A stretch of 58,249 nt of DNA from Candidatus Uhrbacteria bacterium (GTDB lineage: Bacteria > Patescibacteriota > Patescibacteriia > 2-12-FULL-60-25): NCBI GenBank assembly GCA_023246415.1, contig JAHFIK010000002.1, forward strand, positions 1 through 58,249. Direction: 5' to 3'. The notes under the pieces were generated by a model, which saw nothing but the letters and a program-made list of their open reading frames with translations, had not been told where the DNA came from and did no database searches. The first letter of the stretch is position 1. Every line of letters begins with the position of its first letter. The translations under genes and the position numbers were made by a program. Positions 7,686 through 17,537 of this stretch are shown one piece after another.

Positions 7686-10247
7686 ATGCCAAATACTGAA
7701 GTCGATTCAAATCCTGTTACGCTGTTTGCGCAAACGAATTTTCGGAACCAACAGCGTCGTTTTGGTATTCGCCTCGATGACCGTCGCCGTCATGTCTATA
7801 TTCTCGGAAAGACCGGTATGGGAAAGACGGTCTTGCTTGAGAACATGTTCTTGTCCGATGTCTATGCAGGGCACGGATGCGCGTATGTTGATCCGCACGG
7901 CGACACGGCGGAACGGCTGATCAATTTTATCCCGAGTTGGAGAATTAACGATGTTGTCTATTTCAACCCGGCGGATGTGGATTACCCGATGGGGTTTAAT
8001 ATCCTTGAGACGATTGATGAAGGGCAGAAGCACCTCGTCGGCTCTGGACTCATGGGGGTATTTAAAAAGATTTGGCCGGACGTATGGAGTCCGCGCATGG
8101 AGTATATCTTGTTGAACTGTGTGTTGGCCCTGCTTGATTTTCCGGGCGCAACACTCCTTGGGATCAACCGTCTCCTCGTTGATAAGGATTACCGTCAGCG
8201 CGTCATCGAGAATATTCGGGATCCGATCGTGAAAACGTTCTGGGTAGCTGAATTTTCATCTTGGTCTGAAAAGTACGCGACGGAAGCGATTGCGCCGGTG
8301 CAAAACAAGGTCGGACAGTTTCTTTCCGCGTCCATCATTCGAAATATCGTTGCGCAGGTCAAATCAACCATTGTTCCGAGACGGATCATGGATGAGCAGA
8401 AGATCTTTATCGTAAACCTTTCAAAGGGGCGGATCGGAGAAGATAACATGCGTCTGTTGGGAGGGATGCTCATCACGAAGATGCAGTTGGCCGCCATGGA
8501 ACGCGTAGATACACCGGAGCATGAACGAAAAGATTTCTTCATGTATGTGGACGAGTTTCAGAACTTCGCGAACCCGAGTTTTGCAAGCATCCTTTCAGAA
8601 GCGCGAAAATACCGGTTGGCACTGATCCTTGCGCACCAATATATCGAACAGCTCGATGAAACGGTGCGTGACGCGGTGTTCGGGAACATCGGAACGATGA
8701 TTATGTTCCGCGTCGGTTCTCCGGACGCCCAGTTTTTGGAAACGGAATTTGCGCCGACATTTACTCCCGAGGATCTGACGAATCTTCCGAAGTATCACAT
8801 CTATCTGAAGTTGATGGTGGACGGCGTGGCCACAGAGCCTTTTTCCGCAACCACGCTCCCGCCGATTTCGAGTATTACCGATAGTCAGGAAAAAGTGATC
8901 AGTGTGACGCGCGAACGGTATGCGGAACAACGCGATGTTATTGAAAAGAAGGTCTTGAAGTGGAGCGGAATGGAGTCAGGTGTTGATCAGCCGGTTGATA
9001 CGCATGTGGAGGCGTCCGGCCCCGTGACGACGATTGAACCGCCTTCCGGTTTTTCCTATCCGAGTCTCAAGACGGCAGAAGAACAGGAGGCGGATGATGC
9101 CGCCTCGGAAGCAGCGGGAGAGGCTCCGGTGCAACGCGGTGAATTTTTACGTTTTTCTGCGGAACGTCTCGCGTCAATCGTGAAAGCGCCGTCTCAAGGG
9201 CAGAAGAAAGATAAGCCGAAGTTCAAGCATACCTGTTCGCGATGCGGAAAAGTATGGGAAATGCCGATTCAGCTGGATCCGACGCGTCCCATGTACTGCT
9301 CTGAATGTCTGCCGTTAATTCGGGATGAGAAAAAGGTGAAAGGAAAGGTGATGAAGGCCGCGGTCACTGGCGAGGCACCGGAGGGGATGACGCTCGAAGA
9401 AGTTCCGTCTGAACCGCGCGAAGGTCTTGAAGAAGCGATGCGGGATGTTGAAGAGGGTCGGGCGATCCGAACGGCGAGCAAGCAGAAAACGCCTGAACCG
9501 AATCGACCACGGATCATTGTGACAAATTCGAGTATGTATTCGGACGTGGTCGCGGATGAGGATGGAGATGAAGAACGATCGGAGCTGCTTGATGCGATCG
9601 CGGATCGGCGTGGGGCACCGGTGGATACCAGGAAGCAATCCGTGGTGCCTCCGGCGGCAGATCGTCAACCACCGCGTCCGACGCCGCCTCCATCGGAACA
9701 TCGACACGGAGAAGAGCGTCGCACAGAATCGGGCGAATCCGGAAGTCGTCGACAGCAACGGAGCCGCGATGGACGCCCGTCATTCGGTGATCGTCGGCCA
9801 CGTATCACTCAGACATCGGATCGGGATCATATGGATGGATCGCGGCCACTTCCGCCTCGGCCACGAGATGATCGACCACCTCGGCCGCCTGAATCGAACC
9901 GTCAGACGACGCCAAAAGAGCGTGATGATCAACGGCGACCTCCGGTTCCGCCAAGGGTGCCGTCTTCGGGAACGCGGCCACCGATTCGATCCGAGTCGCA
10001 TCCGCCGACACCTGAAGGACGACCCCCGTCGGCCCCCGTTGCTCGAACGGAACCGCCGCGGCCACAGAATCCGTCGATTCCTGCCGCCCCGCCATCAGAA
10101 CGGTCTGAATTTGAGCCAGGAGGGGACGATCGTGGAACGATCGGGGATGTTCCGAAGATTGCATTTAAGACGACTCCAGCGAAGGCTCAGGGGGCGACAC
10201 TCTCGTCTCCGCATGCGGTTCGACCGGGTGAGCGGATCAAGTTTTAA
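7686..10247 (+). CDS. TrwB/TraD/VirD4-like (HerA/FtsK superfamily) ATPase with a CxxC-x17-CxxC Zn ribbon and a disordered C-terminus
   Basis: DRRRHVYILGKTGMGKT (Walker A), DPHGD, YVDEFQNF (Walker B), SEARKY, AHQY..QL. CSRC-x17-CSEC, then a Pro/Arg-rich tail. Confidence 0.85.
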   Translation: MPNTEVDSNPVTLFAQTNFRNQQRRFGIRLDDRRRHVYILGKTGMGKTVLLENMFLSDVYAGHGCAYVDPHGDTAERLINFIPSWRINDVVYFNPADVDYPMGFNILETIDEGQKHLVGSGLMGVFKKIWPDVWSPRMEYILLNCVLALLDFPGATLLGINRLLVDKDYRQRVIENIRDPIVKTFWVAEFSSWSEKYATEAIAPVQNKVGQFLSASIIRNIVAQVKSTIVPRRIMDEQKIFIVNLSKGRIGEDNMRLLGGMLITKMQLAAMERVDTPEHERKDFFMYVDEFQNFANPSFASILSEARKYRLALILAHQYIEQLDETVRDAVFGNIGTMIMFRVGSPDAQFLETEFAPTFTPEDLTNLPKYHIYLKLMVDGVATEPFSATTLPPISSITDSQEKVISVTRERYAEQRDVIEKKVLKWSGMESGVDQPVDTHVEASGPVTTIEPPSGFSYPSLKTAEEQEADDAASEAAGEAPVQRGEFLRFSAERLASIVKAPSQGQKKDKPKFKHTCSRCGKVWEMPIQLDPTRPMYCSECLPLIRDEKKVKGKVMKAAVTGEAPEGMTLEEVPSEPREGLEEAMRDVEEGRAIRTASKQKTPEPNRPRIIVTNSSMYSDVVADEDGDEERSELLDAIADRRGAPVDTRKQSVVPPAADRQPPRPTPPPSEHRHGEERRTESGESGSRRQQRSRDGRPSFGDRRPRITQTSDRDHMDGSRPLPPRPRDDRPPRPPESNRQTTPKERDDQRRPPVPPRVPSSGTRPPIRSESHPPTPEGRPPSAPVARTEPPRPQNPSIPAAPPSERSEFEPGGDDRGTIGDVPKIAFKTTPAKAQGATLSSPHAVRPGERIKF

Positions 10248-10285
10248 CTCGACATCTCTTTAGATCGCGATGACCTCAAATCACT

Positions 10286-10969
10286 ATGTCTCAGAAAGTC
10301 ACATTTAACACGTCGGACCATGTCTCCATCGTCGCGAACTGGACGACGGCTACGACGACGCTTGGCGCCGTTATTCTCGTGCACATGTATCCGGCAACAA
10401 AAGAGTCCTGGGCGTTGTTTCAGGACGTGCTCGCGAAACGTGGTCTGGCATCGCTCGCCATTGACCTCCGGGGTCATGGAGAATCGATCCGAACGACGAC
10501 CGGGCAGATGCTTGATTATCGGAAATTCACGGATGCGGAGAATGTCTCAAGCATGGAAGATCTCCGTGCGGCGTATGCGTGGATTATCGCTCGCGGCATT
10601 GAACGGGATCAGATTGCTGTGTGTGGGGCTTCCATCGGGGCGAATCTCGCACTTCGTTTTCTCGCGGAAGAGCCACAGGTTCCGGCGGCGCTCCTGCTAA
10701 GTCCGGGGCTGAGTTATCACGGGATTGATGTGGAGGGGATTACAGAAGAGGTAAACCCGCATCAAGCGGTGTATCAAGTTGTCTCTCGCGAGGATGATGA
10801 TGAAAGTGTCCATGCGGCAGAGCAGATTTCATCTTGGCTCGCTGTTGACGTGAAAGAAACGAAGCGTCTGAAGAATGCGGGTCACGGCACACGGATGATT
10901 GAGGGGGACGCGGCGCTCATGGGCGACTTAGCGAATTGGTTGCGGGACCGTTTGCAGTCTGTGACCTGA
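10286..10969 (+). CDS. Alpha/beta fold hydrolase
   Basis: DLRGHGES, nucleophile elbow GASIG, LLSPG and a C-terminal GHG. Confidence 0.85.
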   Translation: MSQKVTFNTSDHVSIVANWTTATTTLGAVILVHMYPATKESWALFQDVLAKRGLASLAIDLRGHGESIRTTTGQMLDYRKFTDAENVSSMEDLRAAYAWIIARGIERDQIAVCGASIGANLALRFLAEEPQVPAALLLSPGLSYHGIDVEGITEEVNPHQAVYQVVSREDDDESVHAAEQISSWLAVDVKETKRLKNAGHGTRMIEGDAALMGDLANWLRDRLQSVT

Positions 10970-11080
10970 AAAGAATCTGTTCGTGTCTTGATCGCGATAG
11001 CTGTTTGAGATTTGCAAAAGCGGTTATCGTGTGTGACGCTTGGCATGACAGCGACGATTGAATTCATTGATTAATACGAC

Positions 11081-11887
11081 ATGCTTACTTCAGTGCTTCA
11101 AGGGATCGTGCTCGGGATTGTCCAGGGCGCCACAGAATTTTTTCCCGTGAGTTCAACCGGGCACCTCATTCTGTTCCCGCGCTTTTTCGGTTGGCAGGAT
11201 CCTGGACCCTCATTTGATGTGATCGTTCATTTTGGAACGCTCGCCGCGCTCTTATGGATGTATCGCGTTCAATTGATTCAGCTGTATCGTGATGCGGTGA
11301 CCCGAAAGTCACGTCCAGCTCGGATTTTCGTGGGCCAGATCCTTCTCGCCTGTATTCCAGCGCTTCTCATTGGTGGGATTGGCGGAAATTGGATTGAGGA
11401 TCACTTTCGCGGATCGGGGTTTATCGCGTTTCAGCTCGCGTTTTGGGGAATCATCTTATGGATCGTTGATCGTCGTGCCGCATCAAGGGCGGCACTGAAA
11501 ATTCCGCGCGTGGATCAGGTCGGGTGGCGTCGTTCGTTCTGGATCGGAATATCTCAGGCGATCGCACTGTTTCCAGGCGTGTCCCGATCCGGCATTACGA
11601 TGACGACTGGTCTTGCGAACGGGTTGGATCGTGAAACAGCCGTTCAATTTTCGTTTTTTGTGAGTATCCCGACCATCGCCGCTGCCGGAGCGTTTGGCGT
11701 GTTGACGATTCTTCGACATGGCATGGGATCTCTTTCGTCTTCAATGTTGACTGCGGGACTCATTGCTTCGTTTATCAGTGGATTGTTCGCCATTAAATTC
11801 CTTCAATCATATGTTGCGCGTCGCCCGTTCACGGTCTTCGTGGTCTATCGGCTCGTCCTTGCGGCGGCGATCATGGTTCTCCTCTAG
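11081..11887 (+). CDS. uppP: Undecaprenyl-diphosphate phosphatase (BacA)
   Basis: QGATEFFPVSSTGH, H.GT, PGVSRSG.T and FSF motifs. Confidence 0.95.
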   Translation: MLTSVLQGIVLGIVQGATEFFPVSSTGHLILFPRFFGWQDPGPSFDVIVHFGTLAALLWMYRVQLIQLYRDAVTRKSRPARIFVGQILLACIPALLIGGIGGNWIEDHFRGSGFIAFQLAFWGIILWIVDRRAASRAALKIPRVDQVGWRRSFWIGISQAIALFPGVSRSGITMTTGLANGLDRETAVQFSFFVSIPTIAAAGAFGVLTILRHGMGSLSSSMLTAGLIASFISGLFAIKFLQSYVARRPFTVFVVYRLVLAAAIMVLL

Positions 11888-13061
11888 TCTCGTCCTGATT
11901 GTGCTCATTAGCGTCGGACTGTGTTTTGCGTCCGCCACGCGTGCGGCGTCACCGATTCCAAAAAAGATTGAAAATCCTCCGTCGTTGCCGATTGTTCCCG
12001 CGTCATTTGAATCGTTGCTGGTGATTGATGACGCCTCCGGCGTAACGCTCTATGAACGCAACGCGACGTCGATTCACTCTGGGGCGAGCTTAACGAAGCT
12101 CATGACCGCTCGGGTGTTTACATCAACGCCGACGAACTGGGAGGCGAATGGGAGTATTTTGAAAAGCGATGAAGTGGGCGGCGGGCGATTGCGCGTGAGC
12201 AGTGGGAGTGTCATGACGCTGCGTGACGTACTGTATTCGGCGATCATCGGATCAGCGAATAATGCCGCGATGGCGATGGCGCGGATGTTTGACGGGAAGG
12301 GGATGCCGGCCTTTATCGCTCGAATGAATGCGACGGCGAAGACGCTAGGTCTTGCACAAGCGTCGTATGTCGAACCGAGCGGAATGGATGCAAAAAATTT
12401 AATTTCTGCGCGTGATATCGCAACGCTCATTAACGCCGATTCAAAGGATCCAGAAATTTCGCGTGCGATGACGTCGCCGACCTACTCATTCGTCGTGAAG
12501 AAGCCGAAGCTCGCAAAAACCATTAAGAATACGAACGAACTTCTTTTTACTGCGCCGGATGTCACCGTACATGCCGGGAAAACGGGGTATATCGAAGAGT
12601 CGATGTATAATTTTGCGACGCGGATTTCACCGAAGGGTGATCCGTCAAAAACAGTAACAGTCGTTGTGTTCGGCGCACCATCTCGGCTTGAATCAATGAC
12701 GGCCGCGCATCAGCTTGCAAATTGGGCCTGGAGTGCCTATGACTGGACGGCGTCAGCGGGATCCGCACCGACGCTCGCGAGGGATCTTGGAGTGGGGGAT
12801 CGCGGCGCAGATGTGACGGCATTGCAGAAATTCTTAAATACCCATGAGGCCGTCATCGCAAAGAGCGGTCCGGGTTCGCCAGGAAAAGAGACGTCGCTGT
12901 TTGGTGAAATGACACGCATCGCCTTGGCGAAGTATCAGGAGGCACATCGAGCAGAGATTCTCACGCCGCACGGGGCAAAAACGGGATATGGGTATCTTGA
13001 TGCCGTGACGCGCGCATATATTCAGGCGGACGCGGTTGGCGGCATGCTTGCAAAGAAATAG
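11811..13061 (+). CDS. Serine D-Ala-D-Ala carboxypeptidase/endopeptidase (S11) with a C-terminal peptidoglycan-binding domain; start may instead be GTG 11901
   Basis: SLTK, SAN and KTG catalytic motifs. C-terminal L..GDRGADV..LQKFL...FG..T..AL..YQ PG-binding domain. Confidence 0.85.
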   Translation: MLRVARSRSSWSIGSSLRRRSWFSSSLVLIVLISVGLCFASATRAASPIPKKIENPPSLPIVPASFESLLVIDDASGVTLYERNATSIHSGASLTKLMTARVFTSTPTNWEANGSILKSDEVGGGRLRVSSGSVMTLRDVLYSAIIGSANNAAMAMARMFDGKGMPAFIARMNATAKTLGLAQASYVEPSGMDAKNLISARDIATLINADSKDPEISRAMTSPTYSFVVKKPKLAKTIKNTNELLFTAPDVTVHAGKTGYIEESMYNFATRISPKGDPSKTVTVVVFGAPSRLESMTAAHQLANWAWSAYDWTASAGSAPTLARDLGVGDRGADVTALQKFLNTHEAVIAKSGPGSPGKETSLFGEMTRIALAKYQEAHRAEILTPHGAKTGYGYLDAVTRAYIQADAVGGMLAKK

Positions 13062-13142
13062 GAACGTCGGTAAGGAAGTGAATCGGGGCGGAGATGCGAT
13101 CCGAATCTGGGTGTCGCATGAGCGAGTCGATTCGATCCCACT

Positions 13143-14213
13143 ATGAAAAAAACAGTGCTTCTTGGAATGAGCGGTGGCGTTGACTCAAGTGTCAGCGCGG
13201 CCTTGCTTGTGAAAAAGGGGTACCAGGTCATTGGCGCGTTTATTAAGAACTGGTCGGATTCCAAGGATCGCTGGAGCGGGGAGTGCGCATGGCGCGGTGA
13301 GCGGCGTGACGCAATGCGTGTGGCCGCGATGCTTGATATTCCGCTTGTCACCTTTGATTTTGAGGATCTGTATCGCGAGCGTGTCATTGCGCCGATGTTT
13401 CGCGCATACGCAAAAGGGTCGACGCCGAATCCTGATGTGCTCTGTAATGAAGTCATTAAGTTTGGCGCCTTCTTTTCAGCAGCAAACGAGCTTGGAGCAA
13501 CACATATCGCAACCGGTCATTATGCGCGTGTGCGTCACGGAAAAGAGGGGGTCGCGCATTTATTGCGCGGACGTGATCCTGAAAAAGATCAGTCCTATTT
13601 TTTGCACCGCGTGTCTCAGGCGGCACTCCAAAAGACGCTGTTTCCGATCGGAGATCTGAAGAAGACAGAAGTTCGTCGGATCGCGAAGCAGCTCGGACTC
13701 TCGACCGCAGAGAAGGCGGAGAGTATGGGGATCTGTTTTATCGGAAAACAGCCGATGACCGCGTTTTTACGGACGCGCATTCCATCAAAGCCCGGAAATG
13801 TCGTGGATCCGAATGGGACGGTGATCGGGAGTCATGACGGGTTGGATGGGGTGACGATTGGTCAGCGACACGGTTTTCGCGTCACGATCGGCGGCGGTCC
13901 ATGGTATGCCGCCGCGAAAGAGATTGATTCCGGTTGTTTGGTCGCCGTGCCCGGACATGATCATCCGATGCTGTACACGACGTCTGCCACGATCTCGGAT
14001 GTCCATTGGATTAGTACGGCACCAGTGACGGATCGTCATCTCTCGGTTGCGGTGCGATATCGCCAAGCCGATGTGCCGGTTTCACTCAAAGCGGGAAAGC
14101 GGCAGACATATCAGGCGACATTTCAGACGCCAGTGTTTGCCGTAGCGCCAGGGCAGTCTGCGGTGTTTTATCAGAACGAAGAATGTTTGGGCGGCGGTTT
14201 GATTATCTCATGA
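13143..14213 (+). CDS. mnmA: tRNA-specific 2-thiouridylase MnmA
   Basis: MSGGVDSS, TPNPD..CN..IKF, ATGHY, KDQSYFL, S.GICF and APGQ motifs. Confidence 0.97.
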   Translation: MKKTVLLGMSGGVDSSVSAALLVKKGYQVIGAFIKNWSDSKDRWSGECAWRGERRDAMRVAAMLDIPLVTFDFEDLYRERVIAPMFRAYAKGSTPNPDVLCNEVIKFGAFFSAANELGATHIATGHYARVRHGKEGVAHLLRGRDPEKDQSYFLHRVSQAALQKTLFPIGDLKKTEVRRIAKQLGLSTAEKAESMGICFIGKQPMTAFLRTRIPSKPGNVVDPNGTVIGSHDGLDGVTIGQRHGFRVTIGGGPWYAAAKEIDSGCLVAVPGHDHPMLYTTSATISDVHWISTAPVTDRHLSVAVRYRQADVPVSLKAGKRQTYQATFQTPVFAVAPGQSAVFYQNEECLGGGLIIS

Positions 14214-14262
14214 TTCGTTCGCTTTACGATCCTGCTGAATTCCGATAAGCTGAGGCACGCAT

Positions 14263-15054
14263 ATGGTTCGACCTCCGCGACTTGAGTGGATTTCTCTCCT
14301 GTATCTGGCCTTTTTTATCCTTGCGATCCTGTCCCCGCAATTTGTCAGGCATCCGTTTCTCGGATTTTCAGAAGAGCGTCTCGAAGAGATTTTAATTTTT
14401 TGTTTTGGACTTGCCGGACTCGGTACGTTTACGATTTACGAACACGCCATGGAGCGGAAAGACCGTGAACGCGATGAGGCGATTGGTGATCGGGATCGCG
14501 TCAAGAAAGAGCTTGTTTCATCGTATGAGTATATCGGCGCGGTGAATCGGCGGGTTGAGGCGCTAAAAGATCTGGCGAATGAAACCGCGATCCACCTGGT
14601 CGAAGGGGATCGATTGAGCAAGGGGATTTTTCAATCGCTTGCCGCAAGTGCGGCGGCCATTGCGCGTGCGGAATACGGCGTGATTCGGATTGTCTCGCTT
14701 GATCGGATGCGAACGCTGAAGGAGTTCTTGGTTGACAGTGATCAGTTTGTTCGTGTCTCGAATCGTGATTTACGCACGATTCACGAGGAAGGGATCACCC
14801 ACGCCGTCATTGATGCAGAAGAGGGCGGAACACGGGTCCTGGTCGTTCCTTCTTCGCGTCGCGATATGAAGGAGAAAGCATTTCTTCTGCTCCCTGTTTC
14901 TTCCGAGCAAGAAGCAGTTGATGTCGGATTGCTGAATGTCTACGCAAATCAAGCGGAGGTGCTCTATCGTGTACTGACACAAAAGAATGGAAATGCGGCA
15001 CCGGGCGGATTGGAGGCGGATGCCGTCGAACAGAATGCGACCCCCACTGCTTGA
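14263..15054 (+). CDS. Hypothetical protein: 2 TM helices, coiled coil, possible GAF-like domain
   Basis: Two hydrophobic segments, a charged coil, and a GAF-like final helix (LLNVYANQA). Confidence 0.6.
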   Translation: MVRPPRLEWISLLYLAFFILAILSPQFVRHPFLGFSEERLEEILIFCFGLAGLGTFTIYEHAMERKDRERDEAIGDRDRVKKELVSSYEYIGAVNRRVEALKDLANETAIHLVEGDRLSKGIFQSLAASAAAIARAEYGVIRIVSLDRMRTLKEFLVDSDQFVRVSNRDLRTIHEEGITHAVIDAEEGGTRVLVVPSSRRDMKEKAFLLLPVSSEQEAVDVGLLNVYANQAEVLYRVLTQKNGNAAPGGLEADAVEQNATPTA

Positions 15055-15084
15055 TCCGCATCCGGTCCTCGCGTATGCTCAATG

Positions 15085-15120
15085 CTACGCACTACGCACT
15101 ACGCACTACGCACTACGCAC
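15085..15120 (+). repeat. Perfect 7-mer tandem repeat (CTACGCA) x5
   Basis: ctacgca repeated five times, ending just upstream of the alaS ATG at 15126. Confidence 0.9.
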
Positions 15121-15125
15121 CCCTT

Positions 15126-16982
15126 ATGACTATCCATGAACTCCGTCAGAAATTTCTCGATTTCTTTAAGGAAAAAGGGCACGCCATTATCCCGTCGGCG
15201 CCACTCCTTCCTGAAAATGATCCGAGCGTGCTGTTTAATACCGCGGGGATGCAGCCACTGGTGCCCTATCTCAAAGGCGAAATCCATCCAATGGGAACGC
15301 GCCTGGCAGATGCGCAAAAGTGTTTGCGGACCGGTGATATTGATGAAGTCGGGGATAATCGGCACCTGACGTTTTTCGAGATGCTCGGAAACTGGTCGCT
15401 TGGCGACTATTTTAAAGAAGAGTCGATTGCCTGGTCATTTGAGTTTTTAACAAGTGATCGGTGGCTTGGTATTGATCCGAAGAAGATTTATGTGACTGTT
15501 TTTGAAGGAGATGCAGATGCACCGCGCGATGAAACGTCGATTGGCATTTGGCAGGCACAATACGAAGTGAAGGGGATAGCGGCTGAAATTGGCGTCGCTG
15601 AAAAAGATGAGCCAGCGGAGGTCGATGGCGCGCGCATCTACCTCTATCCGAAATCAAAGAATTGGTGGCCGGGAGCAACAGCAAAAGGGCTATGCGGGCC
15701 AGATACGGAAATCTTTTATGATACCGGTCTCCCGCATAGTCCGGCGTTTGGCGCGGTCTGTCATCCGAATTGTGATTGCGGTCGGTTCGTTGAGATCTGG
15801 AATAACGTCTTCATGCAATTTAACCGCGTTGAAGAAGGGGGGTCGCTTGAGGTCTTGCCGAAGAAGAATGTCGATACCGGAATGGGACTCGAGCGAACGG
15901 CTGCGGTCCTGAACGGATTTACAACGGTCTATGATCTGGATGTTTTTCAGGTAATTTTCCGCGAAATTGAGTCCCTCTGTGATAAGCAATACGGGAAGGA
16001 AGAGGCGGTTGATCGATCCATGCGGATTATCGCAGATCACGTCCGTTCGGCGACCTTTGCGATTGGGGATGGGATCATTCCATCGAATGTCCAGCAAGGG
16101 TATATTATTCGTCGACTTATTCGCCGCGCCATTCGAGAAGGTCGCCGGATTGGGATCACGGAGTCGTTCTGCGACAAAATCGCAAATGTCGTGATCGGCG
16201 AATTTGGCGTTCAATACCGCGAACTCGAAACAAAACGATCAGAAATCATCGCGGAACTCGTGAAAGAAGAAGAAAAGTTCAGCAAGACCGTCGCAAATGG
16301 GATGAAGGAGCTGGAACGGATCCTCGAGAAGGGCGTAATGACGAGCGAACAGGCGTTCATGTTGTATTCGACGTATGGATTTCCACTCGAACTTACGGAA
16401 GAAATCGTGCGAGAACGGGGAGGCTCGGTGGATCACGAGGCATTTATGGCCGAGTTCGAGAAACACCAGGAGTTGTCCCGGACCGCGAGTGCCGGAATGT
16501 TTAAGGGTGGGCTCCAGGATCACTCAGCGGAGACGACGCGTCTCCATACGGCAACACACCTCTTGCACGCGGCGTTGCGAAAGGTCCTTGGTGATCACGT
16601 CCAGCAGAAAGGCTCAAATATCACCGCAGAGCGGCTTCGATTTGATTTTTCGCATCCTTCCAAGATGACTGCAGAAGAGATCGCTGAGGTGGAACGGCTG
16701 GTCAATGGTGCGATTCAGAAGGATTTTCCGGTGACGATGGAAGTCATGAGCCCGTCTGAAGCGAAGGAATCCGGTGCGCTTGGATTCTTTGAACAGAAGT
16801 ACGGAGATCGCGTGAATGTGTATACCGTTGGAAATGATCAAACAGGGGTGTTTAGTAAAGAGATTTGCGGGGGTCCACATGTCGAACATCTGGGGGAACT
16901 GGGTGGGTTCAAGATCCAAAAAGAGGAGGCGTCGAGCGCCGGGATTCGTAGAATTAAGGCGATTATTGGGGTTGGTCATTGA
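15126..16982 (+). CDS. alaS: Alanine--tRNA ligase (short form, no C-Ala domain)
   Basis: AGM, QKC.R, HLTFFEMLGN.S.GDYFK, EIWN.VFMQ, DTGMGLER, editing HTATH/CGGPH motifs. The protein ends right after GIRRI. Confidence 0.97.
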   Translation: MTIHELRQKFLDFFKEKGHAIIPSAPLLPENDPSVLFNTAGMQPLVPYLKGEIHPMGTRLADAQKCLRTGDIDEVGDNRHLTFFEMLGNWSLGDYFKEESIAWSFEFLTSDRWLGIDPKKIYVTVFEGDADAPRDETSIGIWQAQYEVKGIAAEIGVAEKDEPAEVDGARIYLYPKSKNWWPGATAKGLCGPDTEIFYDTGLPHSPAFGAVCHPNCDCGRFVEIWNNVFMQFNRVEEGGSLEVLPKKNVDTGMGLERTAAVLNGFTTVYDLDVFQVIFREIESLCDKQYGKEEAVDRSMRIIADHVRSATFAIGDGIIPSNVQQGYIIRRLIRRAIREGRRIGITESFCDKIANVVIGEFGVQYRELETKRSEIIAELVKEEEKFSKTVANGMKELERILEKGVMTSEQAFMLYSTYGFPLELTEEIVRERGGSVDHEAFMAEFEKHQELSRTASAGMFKGGLQDHSAETTRLHTATHLLHAALRKVLGDHVQQKGSNITAERLRFDFSHPSKMTAEEIAEVERLVNGAIQKDFPVTMEVMSPSEAKESGALGFFEQKYGDRVNVYTVGNDQTGVFSKEICGGPHVEHLGELGGFKIQKEEASSAGIRRIKAIIGVGH

Positions 16983-17008
16983 CCGTTCCTACTCAAGCCT
17001 GCTAAGAT
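16979..17008 (+). promoter_or_regulatory. Putative sigma70 promoter for the infA/alpha cluster
   Basis: TTGACC-N18-TAAGAT with an extended TG. Confidence 0.45.
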
Positions 17009-17051
17009 CTTCCCACTTAATGAGCGAAAATAAGCGAATAGGAACCATCGT

Positions 17052-17282
17052 ATGAGCGCCGAGACACCTTCGACGAAGGAATTTTTAGTTGTCAAAGGGA
17101 TCGTTGAGGAGAATCTCCCAGCAACGATGTTTCGGGTCAGGCTCGAGAATGGACAGGATATTTTGTGTTATTTATCAGGAAAATTGCGAAAACATCGTAT
17201 TCGGCTGACCCCGGGAGATGAGGTCCAGATCGAGATCAGTCCCTACGATTTGACAAAAGGTCGCATTATCTATAGATTCTAG
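17052..17282 (+). CDS. infA: Translation initiation factor IF-1
   Basis: [21 protein letters not shown]...I...[19 protein letters not shown]. Confidence 0.97.
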   Translation: MSAETPSTKEFLVVKGIVEENLPATMFRVRLENGQDILCYLSGKLRKHRIRLTPGDEVQIEISPYDLTKGRIIYRF

Positions 17283-17312
17283 TCCGCTGTTGAAATTTAT
17301 CCACAGAACCCC

Positions 17313-17429
17313 ATGAAAGTCCGAGCCTCTGTTAAGCGCATGTGTCGCGATTGCCAAGTCATCCGGCGGAAGAACCGGGTCATTGTCGTTTGCGCAAAGA
17401 ACCCACGTCACAAGCAGCGGCAGGGCTAA
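17313..17429 (+). CDS. rpmJ: 50S ribosomal protein L36 (not in the ORF track)
   Basis: Manual translation gives [38 protein letters not shown], the Zn-binding form. Confidence 0.97.
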   Translation: MKVRASVKRMCRDCQVIRRKNRVIVVCAKNPRHKQRQG

Positions 17430-17537
17430 CTGTCCTGGCTTGAGTACGGTGGTAGGTGATTCAACGCTGTTCGGATCATCAACCTCCAATCTGAAGCCTT
17501 TCTAAAAACGATTCAGGCTGATTGGTCCCCTTACACT

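Noticed and set aside
7686-10247. Conjugative element suggested by the VirD4-like ATPase
   Set aside because: No relaxase, VirB4/VirB6, integrase or element boundaries were seen.
9556-10263. 235-aa alternative-frame ORF over the ATPase tail
   Set aside because: An Arg-rich shadow ORF in GC-rich low-complexity sequence with no motif; the main frame is uninterrupted.
15051-15125. N-terminal extension of alaS (THYALRTTHYA) in the ORF track
   Set aside because: It is just the translation of the CTACGCA repeat; the conserved AlaRS start is ATG 15126.
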